From assembly GCA_039799905.1 (NCBI GenBank), contig JBDLRP010000032.1, positions 32,001-96,000 on the forward strand: a stretch of DNA of 64,000 bases, in the 5' to 3' direction. The translations under genes and the position numbers were made by a program. The stretch comes from Pseudomonadota bacterium (lineage in GTDB: Bacteria > Bdellovibrionota_B > Oligoflexia > Silvanigrellales > Silvanigrellaceae). Under the pieces are notes generated by a model. The model saw only the letters and a list, made by a program, of their open reading frames with translations. It had not been told where the DNA came from and ran no database searches. Below are positions 1-11,315 of the stretch, piece after piece (the stretch's first letter is position 1; each line of letters begins with the position of its first letter).

Positions 1-717
1 GCCGATCAGACAGGTGGCGACTGGTATTCGGGATATTACGACGATCGCGATGGCATCGCATATTTGTTTCTTGGTGATGTTACTGGGCACGGATTTGCCT
101 CGGCGCTCGTGACCGGACTTGCACACGGAGCTGTCACGTCAGTTTTCAAAACGTCGCAAAGCGATGGTGGCATTAAACCCGACGAGATGCTCAAAAGGAT
201 TTCCCGCGCCGTGAACGTCGTTGTGCATGAAAGTGCCTCGCGGTCGGTTCGCGCCATGTCGATGGTCTGCCTGGCGATAAACTCGCACTCTGGCGAAGTT
301 CATATGATTAACTGCGGACACCCGCAGGTTTACCTCATTAAAAATGACAAAGTTGAGGTCCTGCTGGGTTCGGGCAGTCTGCTCGGCTTTCACGATGAGG
401 TCGATTTTCAAGTTGAAAAGTTTCAAATTGAAAAAGGTGATCGGCTGTTTGTTTACACAGACGGAGTCCTTGAAAACGGACGCAGTAACGGCCGCGCGAT
501 TTCCTTTGCAAAACTTCGGCGGATTTTGCGGCAGCCCGAGAAGAGTGTGCAGGAGATTCAATCCGACATTGTCAGTCTTTTGAAGTCAACGTGGCAAGAT
601 TCTCCAATTGAAGACGACTACACACTTGTTTTGATGCAGTTGGGAGGCTCAAATCTGGGGGCGGCGCAAGGCGGGCTGTCGCAAGCGGTATCTGCCCCAG
701 TTGCGTACCAGATTTAG
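1..717 (+). CDS. SpoIIE/RsbU-type PP2C serine phosphatase domain protein (5' truncated by window edge)
   Basis: Frame 1 is open from base 1 (ADQTGGDWY...). PP2C-SpoIIE motifs GGDWY, GDVTGHG, NCGHP, YTDGV and DDYT. Confidence 0.88.
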   Translation, partial: ADQTGGDWYSGYYDDRDGIAYLFLGDVTGHGFASALVTGLAHGAVTSVFKTSQSDGGIKPDEMLKRISRAVNVVVHESASRSVRAMSMVCLAINSHSGEVHMINCGHPQVYLIKNDKVEVLLGSGSLLGFHDEVDFQVEKFQIEKGDRLFVYTDGVLENGRSNGRAISFAKLRRILRQPEKSVQEIQSDIVSLLKSTWQDSPIEDDYTLVLMQLGGSNLGAAQGGLSQAVSAPVAYQI

Positions 718-736
718 GAACAGGAAACTCGCAGAT

Positions 737-1168
737 TCAGTCCTGAGCCTGCGTTGAAACGCACTCAGTTGCAACTTGAAATTCCCGCAGCATTTCAATT
801 CCAGCATCGTCGTATTGTTCGCGGAAAACTACTTTCGTTATTCCCGCACCGGCAATCAACTTCGCGCAATTGATGCATGGGCTGTAAGAACAATAAAGTG
901 TGCCTCCGCGCAGGCGCGGGCCGTCGGCATAAATCAACGCATTCGCCTCTGCGTGAATGATGATTCGTTCTTTTGTGCTGCGATCCCACCAGTCAACCTG
1001 TGAATCGTCATAGGAGGCCGGAGTGCCATTGTAGCCTGTGGCCACCACTCTGCGATGCTCGTCCACAATGACACAGCCGACCTGCCTTTTTTTGTCAGGG
1101 CTGCGTTTTGCAATGACCTCAGCCATTTCAAGGAAATAGTCGTCCCATTTTGGTTTTGAGTGGGTCAT
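737..1168 (-). CDS. dCMP deaminase (ComEB/deoxycytidylate deaminase family)
   Basis: WDDYF start, GYNGTP, HAEANA and PCxxC zinc motifs. Confidence 0.9.
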   Translation of the reverse strand: MTHSKPKWDDYFLEMAEVIAKRSPDKKRQVGCVIVDEHRRVVATGYNGTPASYDDSQVDWWDRSTKERIIIHAEANALIYADGPRLRGGTLYCSYSPCINCAKLIAGAGITKVVFREQYDDAGIEMLREFQVATECVSTQAQD

Positions 1169-1266
1169 GAGAATGTCGTCCTCAGATTCGCAGCAAATAT
1201 CAGCACCAGCGTATAATACCTCTACCTGTCGTTATCAACAGTCAACGGGACTCGCCGAGGTACTCC

Positions 1267-2499
1267 ATGATTTCAGGAAAACACCTGTTTTTAGCAGTAA
1301 TGACTGGTTTTTTTGCGATTGGGAGTGGCTGTGTCAGTCGGTCGTACAACTCAAGCCCATACATCGTCGGCGGCGAACTGGTGGGTGAAACAGACCCTGT
1401 CTACACGTCGGCTGTCTCACTTGATCACAACGATTCGCCGTTTTGTAGTGGCTTTGTTTTTGACAAGCGAACGATCGTCACTGCCGCGCATTGTCTCGCG
1501 GGCGGAACTCCGCGGCTGACCGTCACTGTCAGCTTTGGAAGCCGCAATCACAAATTATTTCATTCGGTCGAAGTTCCGGCCAAGCAGATTGTTGCGCACG
1601 GTGGCTGGGACCGAGGTGATTTGCATAGAAAAGACATCGATCCACTGCCGCAATATCCGAAGGCGGATGTTGGAATTATTGTTCTGTCCGAAGATGTGCC
1701 TGAATGGGTCAAGCCACTGCCCATCAAGGAAATTGGTGATGTGAGCGTCGGACGGGATGTACTGCTGGCAGGATTCGGACAGACGCGCGAACTCCCGCAA
1801 AACATGGCGAGGACTGAGGCCAAAGGCTTCTTGCGCAAGACGAAAGTGCGGCTGGCGACAATCAATGATGCAGGCAGGGAATTGATTTTCGAGGCACCGC
1901 AAAACAACGAACGGGCGAGCTCGTGCCATGGCGACTCGGGTGGTCCGATGTACTACATCGAGAACGACGGCGCATTGACCGTGATTGGAGTGACCTCGCG
2001 CGGATACAGCGCAGCACTCGACTGTATCGGTAAGGGTGTCTACACGGATGTCAGAAAGTATGTTGGCTGGATTAGGGAAAATAAAGAGAGAATCATTGGT
2101 GGAATAATCTCGACTGCAGATTGGCAGCATCGTTATTTCAGCAGCAACGATGGTTCAAAAGTCGCTGTAGATTTCAAATTGGAACAGCAGGGTGTTGAAT
2201 ATGTATCAAAAGATGTCTGGCTGAATGTCTACAACCCGGCATTCACGGGGAAGGAAAACGTGCAGGCAACGTTGTCCAGTTATATCAGTGCTCTGACCCA
2301 GCAAAAGCTCAAAATGGAATACGCCGGCGAGAATCGCTTTACAATCAAGTTCGACAAATTCATGAACGAAAAAGTCTGCGCAATTGCTTCGCGTTGGGGA
2401 GTCAAACAGGACGTCTCCGTGGAAGTGAACGGGAAAATTCTCTCCGACAGCGTGTCTGGTCAGCAAAAGTTCGAATTCAAGTTTTGTGAGGCGAAGTAG
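1267..2499 (+). CDS. Secreted trypsin-like (S1) serine protease, probable lipoprotein, with C-terminal extra domain
   Basis: Signal peptide ending GSG-C, IVGG mature start, TAAHC, DVGII, GDSGGP. Confidence 0.88.
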   Translation: MISGKHLFLAVMTGFFAIGSGCVSRSYNSSPYIVGGELVGETDPVYTSAVSLDHNDSPFCSGFVFDKRTIVTAAHCLAGGTPRLTVTVSFGSRNHKLFHSVEVPAKQIVAHGGWDRGDLHRKDIDPLPQYPKADVGIIVLSEDVPEWVKPLPIKEIGDVSVGRDVLLAGFGQTRELPQNMARTEAKGFLRKTKVRLATINDAGRELIFEAPQNNERASSCHGDSGGPMYYIENDGALTVIGVTSRGYSAALDCIGKGVYTDVRKYVGWIRENKERIIGGIISTADWQHRYFSSNDGSKVAVDFKLEQQGVEYVSKDVWLNVYNPAFTGKENVQATLSSYISALTQQKLKMEYAGENRFTIKFDKFMNEKVCAIASRWGVKQDVSVEVNGKILSDSVSGQQKFEFKFCEAK

Positions 2500-2605
2500 C
2501 CTGCCGAATTTTGTTTTGCTTCACCGTTCGTAATTTTTCATTGCGCCAGCCCGTATCTTCCGTTAGCACTCGCGGGTTGGGCTGGCACTGAAAGATAGGT
2601 GAAGT

Positions 2606-3121
2606 ATGAACGCGATTCCGCTTTTTCTGATGTTGTCGTTCGCTCTGAGTCATGTCGTGGCCTGCACCGGCTCATCGCGACAAGAGGCTCGGGTTGAAGC
2701 TCCGCGGCAACCTGAGCAAAACTCAGCGCAACAAGGGGAAAATCCGGCTGGGAACGAAGGTACCCCAACGGGCACCGAATCTAAGACCAATGAAAAGCCA
2801 TCCACACCTTCCGAGTCATCATCCGGTCCGGCACAAACACCCCAGCCCAAACCTGCAGATCCTTCGCCCGAGGCGCTCGGCCTTTTGCAGCTGAGATACA
2901 ATGCTGAAATCAACTCCATCATCGATTCGCGCTGCCAGATTTGTCATGGTTCCGAGCAGGAATTGAATTTTTCGGATTTTGAGCGTGTGAAGACATATGC
3001 GGTGCAGATGGAGGATGCAGTTTCGAAAGGCCGAATGCCCTTCGACCCTTCAGGCCTGCCCAACGACGAGAAGGTCAAACTCATCGACTTTTTAAATGAG
3101 CTTGCGAAACTTTCGAAATAA
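2606..3121 (+). CDS. Lipoprotein with a single c-type heme motif
   Basis: Lipobox VVA-C, low-complexity linker, CQICH and a distal GRMP Met. Confidence 0.65.
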   Translation: MNAIPLFLMLSFALSHVVACTGSSRQEARVEAPRQPEQNSAQQGENPAGNEGTPTGTESKTNEKPSTPSESSSGPAQTPQPKPADPSPEALGLLQLRYNAEINSIIDSRCQICHGSEQELNFSDFERVKTYAVQMEDAVSKGRMPFDPSGLPNDEKVKLIDFLNELAKLSK

Positions 3122-3174
3122 AATTCGTCTCAAGGTTATCGAGATGTGGGGCCACGCACCGTATGTGAGGACTC

Positions 3175-5211
3175 TCATTCGTCATCAGAGCTTTGCCGCA
3201 GCGTTGCCAGCACGCTGACGTCTTCGAGCGTGGTTGTGTCGCCCAAGCTCTCATGACCGGTGGCAACGTCTTTTAAAAGTCTGCGCATGATTTTTCCGCT
3301 GCGGGTTTTTGGAAGTGAATCTGTGAAGCGGATATGGTCGGGTTTGGCGAAGCTGCCAATCAGCCCGCCGACGTGAGCAATCAGTTCACGTGCGAGTTCA
3401 TGCTTGCGCGTGTCATTCCATCCTGCAGATGCTTTGACTTCGTTTTTAAGCGTGACAAAGGCATACACGGATGTTCCCTTGAGAGGGTCGGGTACTCCCA
3501 CAACGGCCGACTCCGCAACACTGCTGTGATCCACCAGAGCGCTTTCAACTTCCATCGTACCAATCCGGTGCCCTGCGACGTTGATCACGTCATCAACGCG
3601 GCCAATCACCCAGATGTCGCTGTCGGCATCTTTGAATGCACCGTCTCCAGTGAAGTAATACGGTTCTTTTTGCGCACCGGCAGGGCCTGCGAATGTGCTC
3701 CAATACGTTTTTGCGTAACGGTCCGGATCGCCGTGAACCGTGCGCAGCTGCGACGGCCATGGCTTAGTGATCACCAGTTTGCCGCGGTTGCCAGGGGCTA
3801 CAGGGACGCCGTTGTCGTCAACAACATCAACAGCGATGCCTGGCAGAGGTCGTGTTGCAGAGCCGGGTTTCAGCGGAGTAATTCCGGGAATCGGACTCAT
3901 CATCACGCCGCCCGTCTCAGTTTGCCACCAGGTATCCACGATGGGGCATTTTCCATTGCCAATGGTCGCGTGGTACCACTCCCATGCTTCAGGATTGATC
4001 GGTTCGCCGACAGAGCCGAGCAGCCGGAGAGAACTGAGATTTGATTTTTTCGGCCAGTGATCTCCCTGCCGCATGAATGCTCTGATGGCGGTTGGTGCGG
4101 TGTAGAAAATGGAAATATTTTCTCTTTCAATTGAGCGCCAAAAGCGGCCAAAATCCGGAAAATCTGGTGCGCCTTCGTACATAAAAACCGTAGCGCCGTT
4201 GGAGAGCGGGCCGTACACGACGTAGCTATGACCTGTCACCCAGCCGATGTCTGCAGTGCACCAGTAGATGTCTTCGTGTTTTATATCGAAGACCCATTGG
4301 CAGGTCAGATTGGTCCACAGCGCGTATCCCGCTGTGCCGTGAACGACACCCTTTGGTTTTCCAGTTGTGCCGCTTGTATAAAGAATGAAAAGCGGATGTT
4401 CGGCCGGCAAAGGCTCTGCCGCAATCTGGCTGTTTGCAATTTTGCAATCGTTATACCAGTGGTCTCTGCCCGACTTCATGGTTGTAGGTACAAACGAAGT
4501 CTCGGAGATTTTATAGGAAGAGCCAGAGGTTTCACCAAGACGGTCAACAACGACGACCGACTCAATACATGGGCATTCCGCAATGGCTTTGTCCACTGCC
4601 GTCTTGAGCGGAAGAATCTTACCGCGCCGGAAACCACCATTTGCGGTAATGACACATTTTGCCTGAGCATCGAGAATGCGGTCACGCAATGATTCCGAAG
4701 AAAATCCTCCGAAGACGACGGTGTGTGTCGCGCCGATACGCGCGCAAGCGAGCATGGCGACAGCAGCCTCGGGAATCATCGGCATATAGAGCGCGACACA
4801 GTCGCCTTTTTTGATTCCCAGTTTTTGCAGACCGTCCGCAAAAGCGCACACCTCAGAGTGTAATTGTTTATATGTGAACGTCCGTCGCTCCGATGGCTGC
4901 AGCCCTTCACATGGCTCACCTTCCCAAATAAGCGCGGTTTTGTGTGCGACGATGCTGTTGAGGTGTTTGTCGAGACATTGTTCGCTGATGTTGAGCTCAC
5001 CGTCGCAAAACCATTCCACGAACGGCGGATTCCATTTCATCGGAACTGAGAACGGCTTTCTCCAGACCAGCGTTTCTTTTGCGAGTTTGGCCCAGTGATT
5101 TTCGTAGGAGTCGGCTGCAGATTTCAGCAGCATGTCATGGGTAGATTTTTGCAGGTTTGCGCGTTTGGCGAAATCTTCCGATGGCTGAACGACGCGGGTA
5201 TTGAAAATCAT
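3175..5211 (-). CDS. acs: Acetyl-CoA synthetase (acetate-CoA ligase)
   Basis: [32 protein letters not shown]. Confidence 0.96.
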   Translation of the reverse strand: MIFNTRVVQPSEDFAKRANLQKSTHDMLLKSAADSYENHWAKLAKETLVWRKPFSVPMKWNPPFVEWFCDGELNISEQCLDKHLNSIVAHKTALIWEGEPCEGLQPSERRTFTYKQLHSEVCAFADGLQKLGIKKGDCVALYMPMIPEAAVAMLACARIGATHTVVFGGFSSESLRDRILDAQAKCVITANGGFRRGKILPLKTAVDKAIAECPCIESVVVVDRLGETSGSSYKISETSFVPTTMKSGRDHWYNDCKIANSQIAAEPLPAEHPLFILYTSGTTGKPKGVVHGTAGYALWTNLTCQWVFDIKHEDIYWCTADIGWVTGHSYVVYGPLSNGATVFMYEGAPDFPDFGRFWRSIERENISIFYTAPTAIRAFMRQGDHWPKKSNLSSLRLLGSVGEPINPEAWEWYHATIGNGKCPIVDTWWQTETGGVMMSPIPGITPLKPGSATRPLPGIAVDVVDDNGVPVAPGNRGKLVITKPWPSQLRTVHGDPDRYAKTYWSTFAGPAGAQKEPYYFTGDGAFKDADSDIWVIGRVDDVINVAGHRIGTMEVESALVDHSSVAESAVVGVPDPLKGTSVYAFVTLKNEVKASAGWNDTRKHELARELIAHVGGLIGSFAKPDHIRFTDSLPKTRSGKIMRRLLKDVATGHESLGDTTTLEDVSVLATLRQSSDDE

Positions 5212-5252
5212 CCGGATTACCTCATATCAACAGCAGAAAAAAAACAGTGAAA

Positions 5253-5621
5253 TCATTTCGCTTGAAATCGATTGTGCACGCGGCGGAATGAATATTTTAT
5301 CCATAGTGAACACTCGGCTGCAAAGGCAAAGAGAACGGCGAAGCTTCCCGCACTGAGCAATGACAAAAGCGAGAAGTGCGGCAGCCTGAACAAACCTGAT
5401 ATTGCAGAAGAGATTTCCTTGTGCGTGGCGTGATACGCAACAAAATAAATTGTCAGGACAATAAACAACATCGTGATCCGCCTTTTCAGACCGCGCTCCG
5501 TCAGACGCAACAGTCCCTGCGCAGCCGCTGCAGAAATAAGTACGGCTTGCCACCATGGGTAGAAGGTGAGCAGAATCAGGCTCGCCAGAATCCATAGGAA
5601 TTCTCTCAGTGTGTGTCTCAT
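5253..5621 (-). CDS. Small hypothetical membrane protein
   Basis: Several hydrophobic segments; start overlaps the acylase stop (ATGA coupling). Confidence 0.6.
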   Translation of the reverse strand: MRHTLREFLWILASLILLTFYPWWQAVLISAAAAQGLLRLTERGLKRRITMLFIVLTIYFVAYHATHKEISSAISGLFRLPHFSLLSLLSAGSFAVLFAFAAECSLWIKYSFRRVHNRFQAK

Positions 5622-8140
5622 GGCAGCTTTTCCAATACGGTGCGTGACAGTGTCAGTTCATCTTTGAGTTGTCCTTGTTGAACAAAGAGCAGCTCCTGCA
5701 GTTGACCGTTCCGCCAAGGTTCGATCATGTTGGTGTAGTGGGGGCTGCCTGCGTGTCCCGATTGTCCGCCGGGGTAAACACCCCATGCACGGGGTTGGGC
5801 ATCGATCCATGTGACCACCATCCGCCAGCTGGGGCCGTGGTGGTCGGTGGTTGCGTTCACTGTGTGGCCGTCTCCGCCAGTGAACAGGTGCTCGATTCCA
5901 AACCCCGGCAAATTGGCGAGGTGGGGGATTTTTGTTCCGCGAAATTCACCCCACTGAGGCAACTGTTCGGGCAAGTTTTTTCTTTCAGAAAACGTCCTGA
6001 GGGTTTTCACCGCGCGCTCGAGAGAGTTTGCAACAAGCAGCGGAACTTCCGTCCGCCTCATGACTGATGCGCTCGCCGGCCAATCGCTCTCGTCTTTGGA
6101 GAGCAGCAATTCTGCCGTTTTGTCATGTGACGGGCTTTTGAAATCGGGTGCCGGAAATGCTTTTTCCCAGAGGGTTTCGTGAACTATTTCCCACCACTTC
6201 GACCAGACCGCGGCCTCGATGCTTTGCGGATGGAGCTCAAAATTCCAGCGGTTGAGCATATCGAGAACTTTTCGGTCTTCATCGTTGCGCAGAAGGCCAA
6301 CGGCCCATCTACTAAAGTGTGGCAAAAGTGTTTTCGCGCGCAGGTCTGTTACGTCATTTTGCAGTTGCATGAGAGAAGAGATGCTTGCGGGCTGAGTCGC
6401 GGTCAATTCATTCAGCCTTTGAAAAATTCTTTCACCACGCAAGTAACTGGTGAATCCCCAATCTCCGGACGCATAACCGAACGCCGGATCGAGAGTGGGT
6501 TGCTGATTTGCCGATGAAAGATGACCACGCTCCGGCGACCAGCTTTGTGGCAGATGCACAAAACTAATGTCATCCTTCCATCCTGCTGTCGGACTTGTCC
6601 CGTCGAGCACAAATCGACCCGCGCCTGCCGCCGTTCGGATGGGAAAACGCCCAGCTTGCAGCAATCCTATTGAGCCGGTTTTATCGGCCATGACAAAACT
6701 CTGGCCGGGAGCTTGATAGTCACGCAGTGCATTCTTCATCTCGACAACCGAACGCGCGCGGTTGAGCGAATGAAAAACTCTGAATTCATTTGACGGCGTA
6801 TGCCCCTTCCAGAGCATGGCAAAAGGCACAGTGGTTGTTGCACCGCTTTTCTGTTCGAGTGTGAGTTCCTGCGCGATGGGGCCGAGATGAGTCTCAATGA
6901 CGTCGATTGTTCGAGATGGCTTTCCCTTGATCCGGATGGTTTCTTTGCGGACGTTTGATGGCCTCCAGCGCTGCGCTGACAGGTAGTTGGGCACGGGCTT
7001 CGCCTTGTCGAACTTCATCGCAAACCAGTCAATCACATCTGTGCCTGCGTTGGTGATCCCCCAGCTGACCGCATCATTGAATCCGATAATCACGTGGGGC
7101 AGCCCCGGCAGCGACACTCCGTAGACGTTAACGTTGGGTGCGCTCAGCTGAATTTCATACCAAATCGATGGGAGTTTCAGATCAAGGTGGGGGTCATTGG
7201 CCAACAGAGGATAGCCGTGCGTGGTGCGCGTGCCATCGACCACCCAATTATTGCTACCATTGCTTGGTTTCCGTTTCTCCTGCTGGGCACCCTGCTTTTT
7301 GCTTTCAATCTTGAGAATTCCGTCCAGGCGGGCCAGAGATCCCGATGTTTCTGCGAGTTCAGGGCTGATTATGGACATATTGGCGACGGACGCATCCAAA
7401 ATTGGAGTGCTGCGCGGATAGAAGTCCGGAAACAGAAATTCCAATTCTGACTGGGAGAAACGTTGCAGCGCATTGCTCATCTTGAAGTCGTCGAAGTTGC
7501 CTGTCAGCGTCCACGTCATTTGCTTGTGGAAGAGTGCGCAATGAAGCGGTGTCCACTTTGCCGGACGGGTGCCGAGAAGTTTGTATTCAACCGGCCATTG
7601 CTGAGGTGTCAGCGAGCGCACGTAGGCGTTGACGCCCTCGCTGTAGGCCTCAAGAATTTCGTATTGCTGCGGGTCATTCTTCCGCAAAAATTCCAGCTCC
7701 GCCTCGGCAGCTGCCAGAAAGCCGAGCCTTCTTTGTTTGGCATCGAATTCAAAAGCCTTCTCGCCCAGCAGTTCTGACACCCGTCCGGCGGTCGCCGCGG
7801 TTTGCAGTTCCATCTGCCAGAGCCTGTCGCGCGCGGTGGCATAGCCCTGTCCGAATGCTAGATCGAGGTCGTTTTCGGCAACCACATGCGGCACGCCGCG
7901 GGTGTCGACCGAAATGGTAATTTTCTTTCCTTTAATCGCCGCTTCAAACTCGGTCGTTGGAGCATTTTTTTTAGCAACCGACGGTGCGTTTTTGAGATAG
8001 CCCGAATAAGGGCTGAGAAAATCACCGAGCGGCGGAATTGGACCCAGTGGAATGCTGAAGAGGAACGCCAAAAATAAAAAAACGCCCCACGTACCGAGGA
8101 TTCTCAGAAGGTAGGGGCGTTTTTCTGCTGGTTCGGACAT
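5618..8140 (-). CDS. Penicillin acylase family (Ntn-hydrolase) protein
   Basis: GVPHV, DRLWQME, GSNNW nucleophile site, ANDPHL, PGGQSG. Start placed at ATG 8140 behind a GGAG RBS. Confidence 0.92.
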   Translation of the reverse strand: MSEPAEKRPYLLRILGTWGVFLFLAFLFSIPLGPIPPLGDFLSPYSGYLKNAPSVAKKNAPTTEFEAAIKGKKITISVDTRGVPHVVAENDLDLAFGQGYATARDRLWQMELQTAATAGRVSELLGEKAFEFDAKQRRLGFLAAAEAELEFLRKNDPQQYEILEAYSEGVNAYVRSLTPQQWPVEYKLLGTRPAKWTPLHCALFHKQMTWTLTGNFDDFKMSNALQRFSQSELEFLFPDFYPRSTPILDASVANMSIISPELAETSGSLARLDGILKIESKKQGAQQEKRKPSNGSNNWVVDGTRTTHGYPLLANDPHLDLKLPSIWYEIQLSAPNVNVYGVSLPGLPHVIIGFNDAVSWGITNAGTDVIDWFAMKFDKAKPVPNYLSAQRWRPSNVRKETIRIKGKPSRTIDVIETHLGPIAQELTLEQKSGATTTVPFAMLWKGHTPSNEFRVFHSLNRARSVVEMKNALRDYQAPGQSFVMADKTGSIGLLQAGRFPIRTAAGAGRFVLDGTSPTAGWKDDISFVHLPQSWSPERGHLSSANQQPTLDPAFGYASGDWGFTSYLRGERIFQRLNELTATQPASISSLMQLQNDVTDLRAKTLLPHFSRWAVGLLRNDEDRKVLDMLNRWNFELHPQSIEAAVWSKWWEIVHETLWEKAFPAPDFKSPSHDKTAELLLSKDESDWPASASVMRRTEVPLLVANSLERAVKTLRTFSERKNLPEQLPQWGEFRGTKIPHLANLPGFGIEHLFTGGDGHTVNATTDHHGPSWRMVVTWIDAQPRAWGVYPGGQSGHAGSPHYTNMIEPWRNGQLQELLFVQQGQLKDELTLSRTVLEKLP

Positions 8141-8222
8141 CACTCCGTTCCTCCGGTTTGTCATTTGCGCACTTGCTGGGTGCCGATGATTTTCGCCGGA
8201 AAAAACGGAACTGTAAACAGCC

Positions 8223-10346
8223 TCAGTTGGACCAAGTCTTCATGATGTCGATTGGCTCCTTGCCGACGGCATCCTTGCGGCTGAGTTTGATGCGGCCAGT
8301 GCGGTCGATTTCGATGACCTTGACCATTACTTCATCGCCTTCCTTGACGACATCTTCAACCTTGTTCACGCGCTGCGTGGCCAGTTGAGAAATATGCACG
8401 AGCCCTTCGACGCCGGGCTTGATTTCGACAAAGGCGCCGAAGTCAGAAACCTTCTTGACGATGCCCAGATACACTTCGTTGATTTCAGGATCGCTCGTCA
8501 GGAAGTGAATCATGCGCTTGGCACGAGCAGCTGCGTCGCCGTTGTTTGAAGCGAGGTTGATGACGCCTTCATCGTTGATGTCCACCTTGCAACCGGTGTC
8601 TGCAACGATCTTCTTGATGTTGCGGCCGCCCGGACCGATGAGATCACGGATGCGTTCGGTCTTGATTTTGATCTGTTCGATGCGCGGTGCGCGTGTGCTC
8701 AGGTCCTTGGCCTTGCTCAGCACAGAAGTCATCTTGCCGAGAATGTGCATGCGGCCTTCGTGCGCTTGTTCAAGTGCATGGCGCAGAACTTCGAGCGAAA
8801 CGCCGGCAATTTTCATGTCCATCTGCAGCGCTGTGATTCCTGATTTTCCGCCGGCGACCTTGAAGTCCATATCGCCCAGAGCATCTTCATCGCCAAGAAT
8901 GTCCGAGAGAATTGCTACATCCTTGCCTTCTTTGATGAGGCCCATGGCAATTCCGGCCACCGGCTCAAGAAGCGGTACTCCTGCGTCCAGCATGGCGAGT
9001 GTGCCCGAGCAAACGGAAGCCATTGAGGACGAGCCGTTTGATTCGGTGATCTCGGAAACCATACGGATTGAGTATGGGAAGCGCAGTCGGCTTGGGACGG
9101 AAGCTCTGAGTGCGCGCTCGGCCAGATTTCCGTGTCCGACTTCGCGTCGTCCGGGAGCACCCAGACGCTTGGGTTCGCCGACAGAATAGCCGGGCATGTT
9201 GTAGTGCAGCATGAAGTGTTTTTCTTCGAGAGGGCTGTAAACGCTCTCGCTGCGCTGTGCGTCGTCAGATGTGCCGAGTGTGACTACACCGAGTGACTGC
9301 GTCTCGCCGCGCGTGAACAATGCCGAACCATGCGGGCGTTTGAGAACCTGTACCTGACAATTGATGTCGCGGATGTCGGTGGTCTTGCGGCCATCGACGC
9401 GGCGGTTGTCGCGGATGATGTTGACGCGCAGTGTTTTGTAGCACGCCATTTCGAACAGGAAGTCGAAGTCTTTTGCCATCGAGCCGTCGTCGCTCGCGGG
9501 AACGAGCTCGGCGCGCGCGGCGCTGCGGATTTCGTCAACGGCATGCTTCCGGTCGCTCTTTTTGGCTATCGAGTAGGCTTCACGCAGGGCTCCCGCGTAT
9601 TTTTTATCGAGAACTTTTTCCATGCTGTCGTTGGCCGGAGCTTCAGGAACACTGCGCTTTGGTTTGCCGACTGCAGCACGAAGCTCTTCCTGCACCTTGC
9701 ACATGGTCTTGATGTGTTTGTGGGCGACTTCGATGGCCTCGAGGATAAGTGCCTCGGAGACGAAATTCGCCCCGGCCTCGACCATGAGGATGCCTTCGCT
9801 GGTTCCGGCGACCACGATGTCGAGGTCCGAACCGGTCTCTTCTGCTTCCGACGGGTTGATGAGGAATTGGCCGTTTTTATGACCGATACGCACGCCAGCG
9901 ATCGGGCCGTTGAACGGAATGTCGGAAATGTGCAGCGCCGCGCTGGCGCCGAGAATGGCGAGAGGAGCTGGTGAAATCTTGGGGTCCACTGACATGACCG
10001 TGGCCACGACCTGAACTTCGGTCAGGAATGTTTCTGGGAACATCGGGCGGATGGGACGGTCGATGAGCCGGCTGATGAGCACTTCGCGCTCGGTCGGCTT
10101 TGACTCGCGCTTGATGTAGCCGCCGGGAATACGGCCGGCTGAGTACAACTTTTCGATGTAGTCGACGGCCAGTGGGAAAAATGATGCCGTCGGGCTTGGA
10201 GCCTTGGCACCTGTCGCACATACGAGCACCTGTGTGTCGCCGCACGTGATGAGCACGGAGCCGCCCGCCTGACGGGCCATGCGGCCGTGTTCGATGGTGA
10301 TCTCGTGGTCGCCCACGCGGATGGTTTTCTCAACAATATTGAACAT
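8223..10346 (-). CDS. pnp: Polyribonucleotide nucleotidyltransferase (PNPase)
   Basis: SRLIDRPIRP, RREVGHG, ESNGSSSMASVC, GDMDFKVAG, C-terminal KH and S1 domains. Confidence 0.97.
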   Translation of the reverse strand: MFNIVEKTIRVGDHEITIEHGRMARQAGGSVLITCGDTQVLVCATGAKAPSPTASFFPLAVDYIEKLYSAGRIPGGYIKRESKPTEREVLISRLIDRPIRPMFPETFLTEVQVVATVMSVDPKISPAPLAILGASAALHISDIPFNGPIAGVRIGHKNGQFLINPSEAEETGSDLDIVVAGTSEGILMVEAGANFVSEALILEAIEVAHKHIKTMCKVQEELRAAVGKPKRSVPEAPANDSMEKVLDKKYAGALREAYSIAKKSDRKHAVDEIRSAARAELVPASDDGSMAKDFDFLFEMACYKTLRVNIIRDNRRVDGRKTTDIRDINCQVQVLKRPHGSALFTRGETQSLGVVTLGTSDDAQRSESVYSPLEEKHFMLHYNMPGYSVGEPKRLGAPGRREVGHGNLAERALRASVPSRLRFPYSIRMVSEITESNGSSSMASVCSGTLAMLDAGVPLLEPVAGIAMGLIKEGKDVAILSDILGDEDALGDMDFKVAGGKSGITALQMDMKIAGVSLEVLRHALEQAHEGRMHILGKMTSVLSKAKDLSTRAPRIEQIKIKTERIRDLIGPGGRNIKKIVADTGCKVDINDEGVINLASNNGDAAARAKRMIHFLTSDPEINEVYLGIVKKVSDFGAFVEIKPGVEGLVHISQLATQRVNKVEDVVKEGDEVMVKVIEIDRTGRIKLSRKDAVGKEPIDIMKTWSN

Positions 10347-10611
10347 AGAAAGGAACCTTAGACGAAGGTCTGAGTGACAGGACCTGACTCAAACCGGAGA
10401 GCGTTTATCCTCCCGACCATTCGAGAGTCCCAGCGCACCATGCGCCAGCTTTAAGCAAATGCCTATCGTTACTACCGACCCTAGCAAAGAAGTTCAGTCC
10501 TGAAAAGGCAGAAATTGCTGTTGTGCTGGCTTTTTGTGACTCGTCCGCCCACTTGCGCGCGAATCGATGGGTCAGTATGCCTCGGATGTAGGACAATTCA
10601 GGGAGCAGCCA

Positions 10612-11256
10612 ATGCCGGTCTATAAGATTCTTCACTATCCTCACGTGCTTCTGAGAAAACCATCGACGCCCGTGGAAAAGTTCACTCCAAGCCTGAAGGC
10701 ATTTGCAGCGGGAATGGTTGAAACAATGAATGCCTTCGAAGGCATCGGACTCGCCGCACCGCAGGTGGGAATTCTCAAGAGACTCATCATCGTTGACGTC
10801 CGTCCCTATCTGGAAAACCCGCAGCTGAAAGACTGGCACGGCACTTATTCCTATAGTGTTGATGGACAGAAACAGAATCTGCCGTCGCCAATGATTTTGG
10901 TGAACCCGGAGATTGTCGCCAAGCAGAACGAAATCTCTTTCCCGTTTGACGGGTGCCTTTCGTTCCCGGGTGTGGATCGCGGTCAGACCACGCGATGGAA
11001 AAACATCGAGATGCATGCCAAGGATCTCGACGGCAAGTCGATTCGCATCGAGTGCGACGGCATCATGAGCATTTGTCTGCAGCACGAGATGGATCATCTT
11101 GAGGGCGTTCTTTTTATCGACCGCGTGCAGGGACAGGTGAACGAGAATGATGTCATGGCCGACATCGAAGATCACGAAAACGAAGCTGGCACACGTCGCA
11201 AAATGAAGAAGTTAAAACTCGTGGATGCGCGTGCTGAGAAGTTTGATTTTCTGTGA
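10612..11256 (+). CDS. def: Peptide deformylase
   Basis: GIGLAAPQVG, DGCLS, QHEMDHLEG. ATG 10612 follows GGGAG. Confidence 0.92.
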   Translation: MPVYKILHYPHVLLRKPSTPVEKFTPSLKAFAAGMVETMNAFEGIGLAAPQVGILKRLIIVDVRPYLENPQLKDWHGTYSYSVDGQKQNLPSPMILVNPEIVAKQNEISFPFDGCLSFPGVDRGQTTRWKNIEMHAKDLDGKSIRIECDGIMSICLQHEMDHLEGVLFIDRVQGQVNENDVMADIEDHENEAGTRRKMKKLKLVDARAEKFDFL

Positions 11257-11315
11257 ATCTTTTGCCTAATTTTCAGTGTGTTTGATTTGCGCAAACTGAG
11301 CCGCACGCGCGGAGC

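Noticed and set aside
737..1168. Deaminase as an anti-phage dCTP deaminase
   Set aside because: Stand-alone 143-aa enzyme with no kinase domain or defence context; fits an ordinary dCMP deaminase.
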